Assembly: GCF_001194135.2 (NCBI RefSeq)
Contig: NC_068984.1
Span: 128,556,757-128,620,756, forward strand
Direction: 5' to 3'
DNA length: 64,000 nucleotides
Origin: Octopus bimaculoides
Taxonomy: Eukaryota
Below, piece by piece: positions 13,436 to 25,311 of this stretch (within the stretch, counting starts at the first letter, position 1; each line of letters starts with the position of its first letter). The notes under the pieces are model-generated. The model was not told where the DNA came from and made no database searches. It worked only from the letters and a program-made list of their open reading frames with translations. The translations under genes and the position numbers were made by a program.

Positions 13436-15019
13436 TAAGAATGTACCTTCGCCATAACTACCGCCTTCTTCTGATTTGATGCCGTAACCACCATGATCCT
13501 TTCAGTTCTGTCTTCTCTTTCTTTTAAAAGCGTAAAACTTTCGAGGTCTTTTTGTTGGACATTCCCTAGACACACGTAATCACTTACCAAATTTACTGAT
13601 TATTTTTCAGTGTCCATGGATGCTGTTCACCATGTTATCTCTTGCACCCACGAACAGAAAAGAGAGACGAATAATCTTTAAATTTGGAAAAGCTTCTCCA
13701 CCAGGAATAAGTTAATGATTTTCCTTTTCTTATTTGTCTTTTTCCTGATCTTAAACCCTTCCCTTTCAGAGCATAGACACACTTTATCCCCACATACATA
13801 TACACTTCACCCTTCCTTTTCTTCGAAATATTCACCCTTCAGCCTTGTCTCAAAATGCTTGTGTCACAAGGGTGGAGAGAAATTAATCAATATTTTCTCA
13901 TAGACTATTATATGAAGCTCTTACTAGAGAGCGTCCGTTTCTTGACGTAAAGATAACACTTAAGATAGAAGTGGCAAATGTATAATAAATGCAGTTTTCA
14001 AAGAGACCCTCATCTAAGCATGCGCCTTCAGTACACCTTTGTGTACTTTACACCATCCCCAGAATTAAGGTTTCAAAAAAAAAAAAAAAAAAAATTCAAT
14101 TTCAAAAGAAATTGTGTATTTCATGGTTTAACTATGCTAAGTTTGTTCGTAGATTATAAATATCGGATACTAATAAAGGTTAAATTCGAACTTTATAAAA
14201 AATGTGTTATTACGGATGTGTTCTTTGATAAGGAAAAAAATCTAAAAAGAGTTAAACCTGATTTGAAACTATGATTATTTCGGTTAATTATAATAATAAA
14301 TATGATTTTGTCGATAAGAGTTCCAGTCTATTTAAATCTTGAGATAAATACAGAAAATTCGGCCAATAAAACTTCTAAAATAAGTATAATTAATGTATTT
14401 TTAATTTGCTAATCGATGTATTTTCAAATCCTTATCGTTCATATATTTACATTTTCCCAATATTTTAGAATTAATTTCTAAATAAATTCTACTTTCAAAA
14501 TTGTGGCAACGTTCCACGAGTTTCCAAATAGAATTATCCTTGGAATTAATCAATACAGTAGTTCCAGTATGTTATGCTTAATTTTAGGCGATCTGCCAAT
14601 AAATATCTCTCTAAGTTGGAAGAGTTTCTCTTATACTAACAAACCACAGCGACTAACTCGTTCTTTCATGTTTCTTAGAGTGACAACTTTCCATGTTTAA
14701 AAGTAAATAGTTTTGAATTGGATGAGATACAATTCTAATTTCTAATGCATACTCGTAGTCTACCCTATGGTTCTAGACGCTAAACATAGTGTATGCCATC
14801 AATATGTTAATCAAATATGAACATTTTTTGTTGAAGTTAAGCTTACGGGGGAACCTCTGCATAGTCGATCCTACTTGAAATGGCAGTCAAATTTTCTTCA
14901 AATGACACCCTATTTTCATCAGAAAAAAAAACAACAAAAACTATTCGTTGGGTCTATCTATCTATCTATCTGTTAAAACTCACTGATTGCTTGCTTGCTC
15001 ACTTGTCTGTCATTTAATA

Positions 15020-15815
15020 CAGTCAAACTGGCGCATAATGGGGAAACAGTATGAATTAAGGTATCCCTGAAATGTGAATACAAACGGAATAAAAAATATT
15101 TGCGATAAAGGACCCGAAATAACTATTACGTGGTAGCAGGGCGTGCTAGAAATAGCAGCCAAATCTTTCTTTTTCTGGGGAAAGGAGCCGTTTACGCGTG
15201 ATTTCGATGTCACATTCGTTGAAAGCATGCGAAATAACCTGGAAAAGAAAAAAAAATCCGCGAAACAAAACTCCGTTGGTAGGAAAATCGGGGTTTCCCG
15301 GGAAACTCCGAGGTCCTCGCCATCCCTCCACCTCTTTCTTTTCCGGAAAAAAGTGACTTGCGGCGGGTTTGGAGGTCAGATACGTTGAATGCACTCGAAA
15401 ACACCCGTGGAAAAAAACGATTTCACACCGAGGTAGGAACGAGTTCTTTACGAAATATTTATCCAAGATCGGATCAGGCATGCGAATAGAATGATCGATG
15501 AGACTGATAAAGTAAAGACTGAGCGTCTGGCGAAACAGAGGGAAAGGGACAAAAGCAGGAGACATCATGAATCGGATGCTCATGCGAATATAAACGGAAT
15601 AAAATAAGTTTCGTGTAAATCAGACCACGGGTTACCGAGATACACGTTATTTTTCGGGTACCTTTAAAAATAGCCAAACCGGCGTATAATGGGAAAAATA
15701 CTTTGAAAGTAAGGTACCATTGAAATGTGACTACAAGCGGTATAACGCAAGTTTTGCGAAAATCGGACCACGGATTCCCGAGATACGCGGTTTTTTTCGG
15801 GTACCTTGAACTACT
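15020..15815. repeat. CpG-rich stretch built from ~100-130 bp diverged repeat units, probably DNA-transposon derived
   Basis: ggcg(c/t)ataatggg...aaggta(t/c)c...tgaaatgtga at 15030 and 15681. gaccacgg...ccgagatac(a/g)cg...tttttcgggtacctt at ~15620 and ~15765. Confidence 0.6.
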
Positions 15816-16488
15816 GGTGACCCAACTGCATAGTCGTGGATAGACTATCAGTGCCGCCCATGCTGGATTGTCATTTATCCGATTCACACTTTTCTTTGAT
15901 GCAACTTTCCAACTTTCCAATAATATTCTGCTACAATCTATGTTATAATGCTTGACCATGGGAAAGAAATTGCAGATATAATCTATTATATACACAGCAT
16001 TTATATTACTCACAAAATATTTAGGTAGTTGATTTTACAAAGAAATCAAAGACTTGATTCAAGGTCTAAGACAATCTGTTTTGACAAGTTAGATTTTAAT
16101 AAAAGATGGTTCACCATTTTTAAATTTCTTTTTTACATCGTCAAATAATAAAATATGAAGTCAACGAAATAGCGCAGTAGTTGTATTAAGGTGGTTTGAA
16201 AACTTGCAGAAATAGTCCAGGAAGATACCAGCTGATAAAGTACAGCTTCCTATATTTACAATTACTATTCACACCAACCAAACCTATTTATGAGGAGAAT
16301 TAATATAGGTTTAATGAAAAGTGTTGAGGCACTTTTAGTTCAAACTATATAAGCATTTACGTGAATTTGGCAGAAATGGCTAGTAAATAAATAGAGTAGT
16401 AAAGTTCGTATTCGAAGTAATAGTACTTTAATAAATAAGTAGGAAGATTTAATATTGGATGCCTAAACAAAAAATTTATTAAACTTAC

Positions 16489-16644
16489 GGCAAGATAGTT
16501 CGCATTCTTCTTTATTTTCGAAATTGTTCGCGTTTCCTTGACAACCAGAATATGAAAATATTTCACAATGGCCTGTTTTACTGTTGAAGAAATACCGCAG
16601 CAATCGGGCGCGACATAATCCCACTTTTTGAGGTTGTTCACATA
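16489..16644 (-). CDS. Coding exon 5: Kunitz domain 1 (L)CEQPQKVGLCRARLLRYFFNSKTGHCEIFSYSGCQGNANNFENKEECELSC
   Basis: Acceptor cacttattattccag| (phase 1) and perfect donor C|GTAAGT (phase 1), 156 bp. Six Kunitz Cys and the Y-S-G-C-x-G-N-x-N-N-F signature. The ORF track translates this region in the wrong frame. Confidence 0.95.
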
Positions 16645-17869
16645 CTGGAATAATAAGTGGTAACTAAATTGAATTGAAATCTTAAAAGCTATCATCTGAC
16701 ACCAACACATAAAACATACGCACACAGCATACACTCACAGAAGATCATGCGTAGAAACTTACAATACATTCAATTCAGACATGAATTTTAAATACCGCAA
16801 CTGTCAACTCAACCACAATAGACACAAACAACAACATATGGTAATAGGTTAGTGCTTACATACTCGATACAATGTGCCAAGAATTTTCTAATTATTTGAA
16901 ATTACTCTCCGTAGAGAGAATCATTAATGTAATAATCGATTGCGCAGCGTCTGGCATCGTGCTCGACGCAAGACAATTAGAAGTCTTCTTTACAGTTTTA
17001 CTTCGTAAGATTCACCGATCAAGGATATAATTTCATTCTCTATTTTGATTCTTATTCTGAAGGTGGTAACTGAACCGTGATGGCGAAAGGAAACTAAAGA
17101 GCATCTACACATCTTGATTATATGTTAGGTTTCTTTATAAACCCTACTCTTTACTGGTTTACTTTATCTATGAACCCTGTTAGACATTGGTTTATCTTAT
17201 GATAATCTCTGACCGTTGGTTAAGATTGATCATGAATCTGCACCAACTGGCGCAAGGTTTTCTTGAGAAAGACAAACAGTTAACCATGCATGCAAGTTTC
17301 CCTTCTCGCTGTTAGTGTTGTCCGAAAGTAAGGTTTTTCATAATAAACCAACGTAGCTTGGTACTAGATTTGTTGTAGTCGTAGCTTGCTGCCAGAACAC
17401 AAAGAGTCAGTACAAATACCACTTAACATCTTATCCAATGCTTTAACACTTCTGTCAAGCCAATACTCTGGACAGACACCTTATTATCGACTCCGAAAGG
17501 ATAAAAGACAACGTTGATTTACGCAAGATTTGAATTCAGAGCGTTGGAGCAAATACCACATGCAAGCTCTTACGACTCTGCTGCCTGGTTAAACTAAGCT
17601 TACTGTCTACTGAATTTGCCAAAACCCACTTGATGCGCTTGCTTTTCACCTCTACCCATCAAACCACAGCATTGCAGTCTTCACATCTTATGTTAAATAC
17701 TGTGACTAATCCTTCGTCCCTAGAAATGCCGCTTTCATTTATTTGCCAACGTCGGTTCAAACTTAAAATTAACTTACTTTTGGAAGATATAAGTCGGTCC
17801 CAAATATTCTTTTCTACTCAAGGCACAAGGCCTAATAAACTAATAAATAATTGAATAAATAAATAATAA

Positions 17870-18230
17870 TAACCCTTTCTGCTATAGGCACAAGCCCAGC
17901 AGTTTCGGGGGAGGAGCTAAGTCGATTACATCGATCTCAGTGCTCAACTGGTGATTATTTTACTGACCTCGAAAGGATGAAAGGCAAAATCGACCTCAGC
18001 AGCATGTGAACTTAGAACGTAAAGACAGACGAAATACTGCTCAGCATTTTGTCCGACACGCTGAAAAAATAATGTTTAGTGATATTTCGTCCGTTTTGGC
18101 GTCCTGAGTTCAAATTCCACCAAAGTCGACTTTGCCTTTTATTATTTCGGGGTAAGAACCAGTTGAGTACTGTGGTCAATGTAACCGAATTCGCCTCCTC
18201 TTAAAATTGCTGGCTTTGTGCTAAAAAATC
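17870..18230. mobile_element. Adjacent opposite-orientation SINE family A copies (minus ~17870-18065; plus ~18075-18230)
   Basis: Both carry the gtcgactttgcctt(t)...ggggt core, in opposite orientations. Confidence 0.65.
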
Positions 18231-18243
18231 ACAAAGCATTACA

Positions 18244-18454
18244 CAGGGTGTCCACACGGTCTCGGTATATGGAGTAAATAAGATCATAACATAAACAATT
18301 AGATAAGAAATAATAATTTCTTAAAGTATGTGTTAATTCCCCATGTGGGTACATGGAGTAAATAAAATCATAACATAAACAATTAAATATAAGAAATAAT
18401 AATTTCTTAAAGTATGTCTTAATCCCCATGTACCCAGACTTTGTGGACACCCTG
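18244..18454. mobile_element. Tc1/mariner-like MITE with an internal ~85-bp tandem duplication
   Basis: TIRs CAGGGTGTCCACA...TGTGGACACCCTG. TA on the right flank, CA on the left. Confidence 0.75.
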
Positions 18455-18788
18455 TACGTATAGCAGGGCATTAGCAGTGTCATTAGATCGTCGGATAAAA
18501 CGCTATGTGATATTTCTTCTGATACACTATGCTATGAGTTCAAATTCTACCGAAGTCAACTTTACTTTTCATCCATCTGCGACTCATAAAATAAAGTACC
18601 AGCCATGTGCTAAGTTCGATTAAAACGATTATCCTCTCCCCGAAATTTCAGGCTTTGTGCATATATAAGAAACACTGTAGTATATATGTATACAATTATG
18701 TGCGTTGACTACAGCATTAGAGCATTTTAGCTCTTATTTCTAGCAATGTAGCTGTGTCTAACACCTTAGTCATATTTAGTGACAATTA

Positions 18789-19002
18789 AAGGCGGCGAGC
18801 TGGCAGAATCGTTAGCACGATGTACGAAATGCTTAGCGGTACTTCGCCCGTCGTTACGTTCTGAGTTCAAATTCCGTCGAGGCCGACTTTGCTTTTCATC
18901 CTTTCGGGGTTGATAAAAAGAATACCAGTGAAACACTGGGGTCGATATAATCAGTTAGTCTCCTCCCAAAAAATTTCAGAGCTTGTGCCTTTAATAGAAA
19001 GG
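18789..19002 (+). mobile_element. SINE family A with 17-bp TSD
   Basis: atatttagtgacaatta at 18772-18788 and 19003-19019. Confidence 0.92.
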
Positions 19003-19069
19003 ATATTTAGTGACAATTATAGTTTTCCTTTTTGGTGAAACATTGCATACTGCTGTCTATATTTAATTT

Positions 19070-19405
19070 TATGTTGGCATCAATTTTAAAACCCATCCAA
19101 GACTTGGCCCCCGTGCTATCCGCCCACTACAGAAATCGAACTCAGGACACATAACATTACGTCACAACTACTTTACCTCAACCGGTCCAGCTCTCTTTAA
19201 TATCATATCAAGATACGTCAAAACGGAAACGGATCCCATAAAATTCAAAAGTTCACTGAACAAATTTCTTCAAAAAATCCCGGACCAACCTCCTACGACT
19301 GGATGAGCCATGGTGCCCCTTATATGACTAAAATACTTCACCAGGTAGTACTATTAAGTTAGACATAGCCTGGGCCTATACTGGCCGAAAATTACCAAAG
19401 TTATA
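19070..19405 (+). mobile_element. CR1/L2-group LINE 3' fragment
   Basis: Translates HNYFTSTGPALFNIISRYVKTETDPIKFKSSLNKFLQKIPDQPPTTG*, matching the FK..LDKFL..IPDQP C-terminus of CR1-group RTs. Followed by (TA)n. Confidence 0.7.
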
Positions 19406-19407
19406 TA

Positions 19408-19446
<39 letters not shown>

Positions 19447-19681
19447 GTGTATGTATGTATTTTACTTGTTTTAGTCATTAGATTGCGGTCATGCTGGAGC
19501 ATCACCTTGAAGAATTTTTAGTCGAATGAATCGATCCCAGAGTTTAATTTTATTTTAAGACTGGTACTTAATCTGTCGGTCTCTTTTTGCCGAAACGTTA
19601 AGTTACGGGGACCTAAACACACCAACACCAGTGTGATAAAAAAATAAAATAATAAAAAGAAAGAAAGGTTGTAATATTTAC

Positions 19682-19861
19682 ATGGGGCATTGCTGAACGT
19701 GGATGCTGCGGGTTTCAAGCAACAAAGCCCGTAGTTGTTGTTCGGATGAATGACGCATTTATAATCACCAACACAGTTGACGACGGGTGAAACCTTACCG
19801 AAACAATAGTCATTCGGTGTACCGGTTTCACAAATATTCTCCACATGACCGGGACTTCCGG
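19682..19861 (-). CDS. Coding exon 4: lustrin/WR1-like Cys-rich module (A)GSPGHVENICETGTPNDYCFGKVSPVVNCVGDYKCVIHPNNNYGLCCLKPAASTFSNAP
   Basis: Acceptor tgattattttcattgtcag| (phase 1) and donor T|GTAAAT (phase 1), 180 bp. C-x2-G-x-P...C...C...C...CC spacing. Confidence 0.85.
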
Positions 19862-20159
19862 CTGACAATGAAAATAATCAATGAAAAATAACAAAACAAA
19901 GCAAAACAACAAAAAAAAAAAAAATTAAAATCGTTGTTGACGGTGTTGCTGATGGTGTTGTTTTTGGTGGTGGTGGTGGTGTTTTAGTTCTTGGTCAACT
20001 TTGATCGAATAGACTTAAATAATCAAAGGCATTCTACCTTATCTGCGATCAACCCATCTTCTTTCAATGAAGCCAGGAGGCTGTGACTCGATTTAGCTCT
20101 TATTTCCAGTAAGTCGAACAACTACGCAGAGGCTCCCTCGTTGGCTGCTTAGTGTACAA

Positions 20160-20445
20160 TGGTTGTTATTTTGTTAGCCGCGGTGATGATGATGGTGGTG
20201 GTGGTGGTGGTGATAGTGGTGATGATGATGATGATAATTAGTATTGTGATGATTATCATTTATACCACCACCATCATCGTCATCATCGTCGTCATAACCA
20301 CCACTACCACCATCATAATTAGCGTCGCTACTTCACCATCACCACCGCTGCCGCCGCCGTCATCATCATCATCATCGTCGTCGTCATTGTCGTTTTCATC
20401 AGTATCAGCCCATCATCATCATCATGATCATCATCAACATCAATA
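20160..20445. repeat. Compound (GAT/GGT)n then (CAC/CAT)n trinucleotide repeat
   Basis: Direct reading. Explains the low-complexity ORF 20159-20482. Confidence 0.9.
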
Positions 20446-21436
20446 TAAGTCAATACATAGTAATTATCTAAAGTCTGCATGAGTGAAGGTGATTATTGTT
20501 GAGTATTAACGATTGTTTTCATTTTAATTATGATAATTATCGATAATTACTGATAAATTAAATAGAAGTTATTAACAGAAATTAAATATTTGATAGGAAC
20601 GGTGTTTCATCTTTAATAATTAGCTTGATTAATAACGCAACAACGGCAAATTTAACAGTCAATAGCCAATGATTTTGCTTGCTATATATCTATCGAATTG
20701 GCGGAAACGTTAGCGCGTCAGTTTTTGTATTAACTTCTACGTTCTGAGTTCGATCCCGACTGCAGACAATTTTTTTTTTCATTCTTTCGGTGTCGATTAA
20801 ATCTCTGTAGGCACAAGGCTTGAAATTTTGGGGGAAGGGTACTAATCGATTAGATCAAACCCAGTGCGTGATTGATACTTATTTTATCGACCTCTGAAAG
20901 GATGACAGGCAAAATCAACTTCTACGGAATTTGAAATTAGAACGTAAGCCGGAAGACATGCAGTTAAGTGTTTTGTCCGAAGTGCTAACGATTTTGCCAG
21001 CTAGCTGCCTCCTTCGCCGTCGCTTAATCGAGGCAGTTGACTGGCGTGATTGTTAGAGGCTCGAACAAGATGTTTTACGTTGTCCGTTCTGGCTTTTTGC
21101 AATTTGAATCTGAGCTCGAATTCTGATTAGTTGCGAATGACAAAAGCTAATCGTCTGACCACGGAGTACCACATGACCAGAAATTGGCCTGCATAGAATA
21201 TGTAGGCCTACAACCAGCTATAAGACAAGGTTTTATCCGGCAGTGGATGGAAAACGGCTGAATGGAATTAGATAATCTTATTTGAACAATGCATACACAC
21301 ACCCAAACGTATGCATTCATACAAAATTACCCGAATGAAATCTGCCTAAAATTATAAAAGGTATACTGAGAGTATAGTTATTCCATTTCGACGCAAGGGT
21401 GGCTAGAGACTAACATAAACAATGTCTTCGGGGAGA

Positions 21437-21934
21437 AATATTCGGTAGACGTAAAGAATGTGGACCGCANNNNNNNNNNNNNNNNNNNNNNNNNNNNNNN
21501 NNNNNNNNNNNNNNNNNNNNNNNNNNNNNNNNNNNNNNNNNNNNNNNNNAAAAAAAAAAAAAAAAAAGAAAAAGAAAAAAAAAATGAGCCGGCATTTTAA
21601 AATTTTAATTCCCTTCCCCACCAAATTTTTCAATTTTCGCTTTTCTCAGATTTTTTTTTTTTTGCGAAATACATAGAAAACTACAGAGATTATGATTCCG
21701 AAAAAAAAAAAAAATTGAAAAGCTTCAATTTTAAAGAAAAACAGCGAAAATTGAAGAATTCGGGGTTGGTGGGGGAATTAAAATTTTTAAATGCCGTTTT
21801 TTTTTGGTTTGCTGAATCAGAATAATCTCCGTACTCGAAAATGGGGGATTCTGTATAAGAAAAAAGAAAAAACAAAAAAACAAAAAATAACCAAAGTGGG
21901 TGCGGGTCCACATTCTTTACGTCCGCCAAATATT
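21437..21934. mobile_element. Nested foldback element (outer and inner inverted arms)
   Basis: Outer arms aatattcggtagacgtaaagaatgtggaccgca / tgcgggtccacattctttacgtccgccaaatatt. Inner arms ~21591-21648 / ~21736-21795. Confidence 0.8.
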
Positions 21935-22291
21935 CATGAAGCCAACAAACATTTATGCAAGGGTACATATTTTGGGTTCATTTTTTCGGCACAAGGTCAG
22001 TAATTTCGGGAAGTAAGTCGATTACATCGACCCCAGTGCTCAACTGATACTTGCTTTATCGACATGCCGCGAAGCATTTTGCCCGGCGTGCTAACGGTTG
22101 TGCCATCTCATCGCCTAATGGATACATATTATGTTTGACAAGAAAGAAAATACAAATCACAGTGAATAGGAATATTAGCCTCTTCTGGACCTACGATAAA
22201 TATTTCACACCTCATTTAGAAGGCTACGCTTTTATTATCTAAGAACAGGAGATAGCTACAAATATCTGATCAACGAGAGACACCTATATAT

Positions 22292-22675
22292 TGTTGGCAC
22301 TCCGTCGCTTACGACGTCGAGGGTTCCAGTTGATCGGATCAACGGAACAGCCTGCTCGTGAAATTAACGTGCAAGTGGCTGAGCACTCCACAGACACGTG
22401 TACCATTAACGTAGTTCTCGGGGATATTCAGCGTGACACAGTGTGACAAGGCTGACCCTTTCAATTACAGGCACAACAGAAACAGGAAGTAAGAGTGAGA
22501 GAAAGTTGTGGTGAAAGAGTACAGTAGGGTTCACCACCATCCCCTGCCGGAGCCTCGTGGAGCTTTAGGTGTTTTCGCTTAATAAACATTCACAACGCCT
22601 GGTCTGGGAATCGAAACCGCGATCCTATGACCGCGAGTCCACTGCCCTAACCACTGGGCCATTGCGCCTCCACTG
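22292..22675 (-). mobile_element. SINE family C (tRNA-like head GTGGAGGCGCAATGGCCCAGTGG), full length
   Basis: Highly similar to 40606-40987. Flanking cctatatat duplication. Confidence 0.9.
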
Positions 22676-23379
22676 CCTATATATATTTATATCTTAAAAG
22701 GAAAAATTAAATCAGGATGCTCATAATTTGGAATTTTTTCTACTGACATGAGGATATACAGTAACATGAAATAATCTGCAGGAAAAGAAACAGCCATCCT
22801 ATCGTTAATAGCAGTCAAATCTCCCCCGAGTCGCCCTCTGTTGTCTTAAGAATAGAAATAAACAGATGGAATAATATACTCCTTGGTACGTTATTACGTT
22901 ATATCTGGATTAAAGACGGGAAGGTCAGGGATAGAACATATTTAATCACAGGTTGGTTTGATAAGAACTGACATCATCATCATCATCAGCATTATCATCA
23001 AAGCAGCAATACCACCAGCACCATCAGCACCACGACCACCATCAATAACAGCAATAACGACATGCATTCATCATCTATAATTATGCAGGCTCTTTAATAT
23101 GGTTGCTGAGAGAAACATCAAATGATAAATTCTCTGTTGAATGGAAATAGAAATATATGAGACGTATAGAGTGAGAGAGAGAGAGAGGGCAAGAGATTGA
23201 AAGAGAATGAGAAAGAGAGCGAGAGCAGTGGACGTGCATAAAGAAAAGAGAACAAGAAAGAAACGAGAATCAAAGAATGGCATGATATTTTGCCTAAATC
23301 TTTGAGCAAAAATGAATTTGGAAAGCAGTATAGTCACGTAAAAGACGATTAGACAGTAATGAGAATCTTTTGTGCTTAC

Positions 23380-23479
23380 CAGGAATACATTTGGCCACCT
23401 CCGTCTTGCACACGCCTGAAGGACATTTTCTTGATTCTGTTTCTACCTTGCACGTATGACCGGGGTTACATGAAACTTC
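23380..23479 (-). CDS. Coding exon 3: follistatin-N-like Cys module EVSCNPGHTCKVETESRKCPSGVCKTEVAKCIP
   Basis: Acceptor tttgctttaattcccacag| (phase 0) and donor G|GTAAGC (phase 1), 100 bp. Completes a 6-Cys module begun by the last Cys of exon 2. The ORF track shows only other frames here. Confidence 0.88.
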
Positions 23480-23732
23480 CTGTGGGAATTAAAGCAAATG
23501 AGACGATTCCAGCAATTATTCTGAGCAAATGTCTTGGGAATATGAAAGATTGTTAGAACATCATTTATTTTCTTCATAATAGATGCTGAAGCAACAAATA
23601 GCACACGTATGAATATATATACGTATATATATATACACATATATACACATATGTATAAATATATTTGCATGCATGTATGAATGTGTAAGTGTATGTGTGT
23701 ATGTATGTGCGTGTATGTTATATTATACTGTG

Positions 23733-23764
<32 letters not shown>

Positions 23765-23949
23765 NNNNNNNNNNNNNNNNNNNNNNNNNNNNNNNNNNNN
23801 NNNNNNNNNNNNNNNNNNNNNNNNNNNNNNNNNNNNNNNNNNNNNNNNNNNNNNNNNNNNNNNNAAATTGATATTAATCAATTAAAACCAGTGGCTTAGC
23901 ATATTTAAAAAAATTCAAAGATTAAAAATTGTGTTATATACAAAATTAA

Positions 23950-24469
23950 GAGGAATGACTACTAAAGTGGACACCTAATATGCTAAACATAGACTTCAAA
24001 TCGCCATTACCACGAAGGGTGTGTTCTCAGGAAAAATCTCAACAAAACGCCAAAATGCAAATAAATAAGTAAGACAAATGAAAATATACGAAATATAAAA
24101 CGATTACCTACGTACCATGGTTTCACTTGTTAATATTTACGTATGTAAACACGCAAATATCTGCAAGGTCGTCAGCGTAGTCTGTCGCTTGTAAAACATA
24201 TTTTCCAGAACTAGATACAGAACGCTCAACCGAAACAGAGCATGTATAAAGTTCTACAAATTATATTTGGGTGTATTTTTCAAATGTTTTCACTTTGGCG
24301 CGCTAAGGCCGGAAATAACTCTGCAGTTAATAAATTTCAGCAGCTAATTTACCGGTTAGAGAACATTTTATTCATTTGTCTTGCTCACTTTTACATTTTG
24401 GCGTTTTGTTGAGATTTTTCTTGAGAACACACTCTTCGTGGTAATGGTGATTTGTAGTGGTCATTCCTC
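23950..24469. mobile_element. Kolobok-like non-autonomous DNA transposon
   Basis: TTAA|GAGGAATGAC...GTCATTCCTC|TTAA with ~100 bp imperfect inverted arms. TTAA target plus purine-purine termini fits Kolobok rather than piggyBac (CCY). Confidence 0.75.
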
Positions 24470-24505
<36 letters not shown>

Positions 24506-25102
24506 NNNNNNNNNNNNNNNNNNNNNNNNNNNNNNNNNNNNNNNNNNNNNNNNNNNNNNNNNNNNNNNNNNNNNNNNNNNNNNNNNNNNNNNNNNNNNNN
24601 NNNNNNNNNNNNNNNNNNNNNNNNNNNNNNNNNNNNNNNNNNNNNNNNNNNNNNNNNNNNNNNNNNNNNNNNNNNNNNNNNNNNNNNNNNNNNNNNNNNN
24701 NNNNNNNNNNNNNNNNNNNNNNNNNNNNNNNNNNNNNNNNNNNNNNNNNNNNNNNNNNNNNNNNNNNNNNNNNNNNNNNNNNNNNNNNNNNNNNNNNNNN
24801 NNNNNNNNNNNNNNNNNNNNNNNNNNNNNNNNNNNNNNNNNNNNNNNNNNNNNNNNNNNNNNNNNNNNNNNNNNNNNNNNNNNNNNNNNNNNNNNNNNNN
24901 NNNNNNNNNNNNNNNNNNNNNNNNNNNNNNNNNNNNNNNNNNNNNNNNNNNNNNNNNNNNNNNNNNNNNNNNNNATATATATATATATATATATAGTTAA
25001 TAAATCCCTGAACGAGGTATAAACAGTAGCTGCACGACAACGTGAAGTATATTTGCCACTTAAATGCGGCTAACCCCTAAGGGGTAGCAGAAACTACAAC
25101 AA

Positions 25103-25311
25103 CAAAGCGGCGAGCTGGCAGAAACGTTAGCACGCCGGGCGAAATCTTTAGCTGTATTTCGTCTGCCGTTACGATCTGAGTTCAAATTTCGCCGAGGTCG
25201 ACTTTGCCTTTCATCCTTTCGGGTTCGATAAATTAAGTACCAGTTACGCACTGAGGTCGATGTAATCGACTTAATCCCTTTGTTTGTCCTTGTTTGGGCA
25301 ATAAAGAAATA
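25103..25311 (+). mobile_element. SINE family A with 14-bp TSD
   Basis: agaaactacaacaa at 25089-25102 and 25312-25325. Confidence 0.9.
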
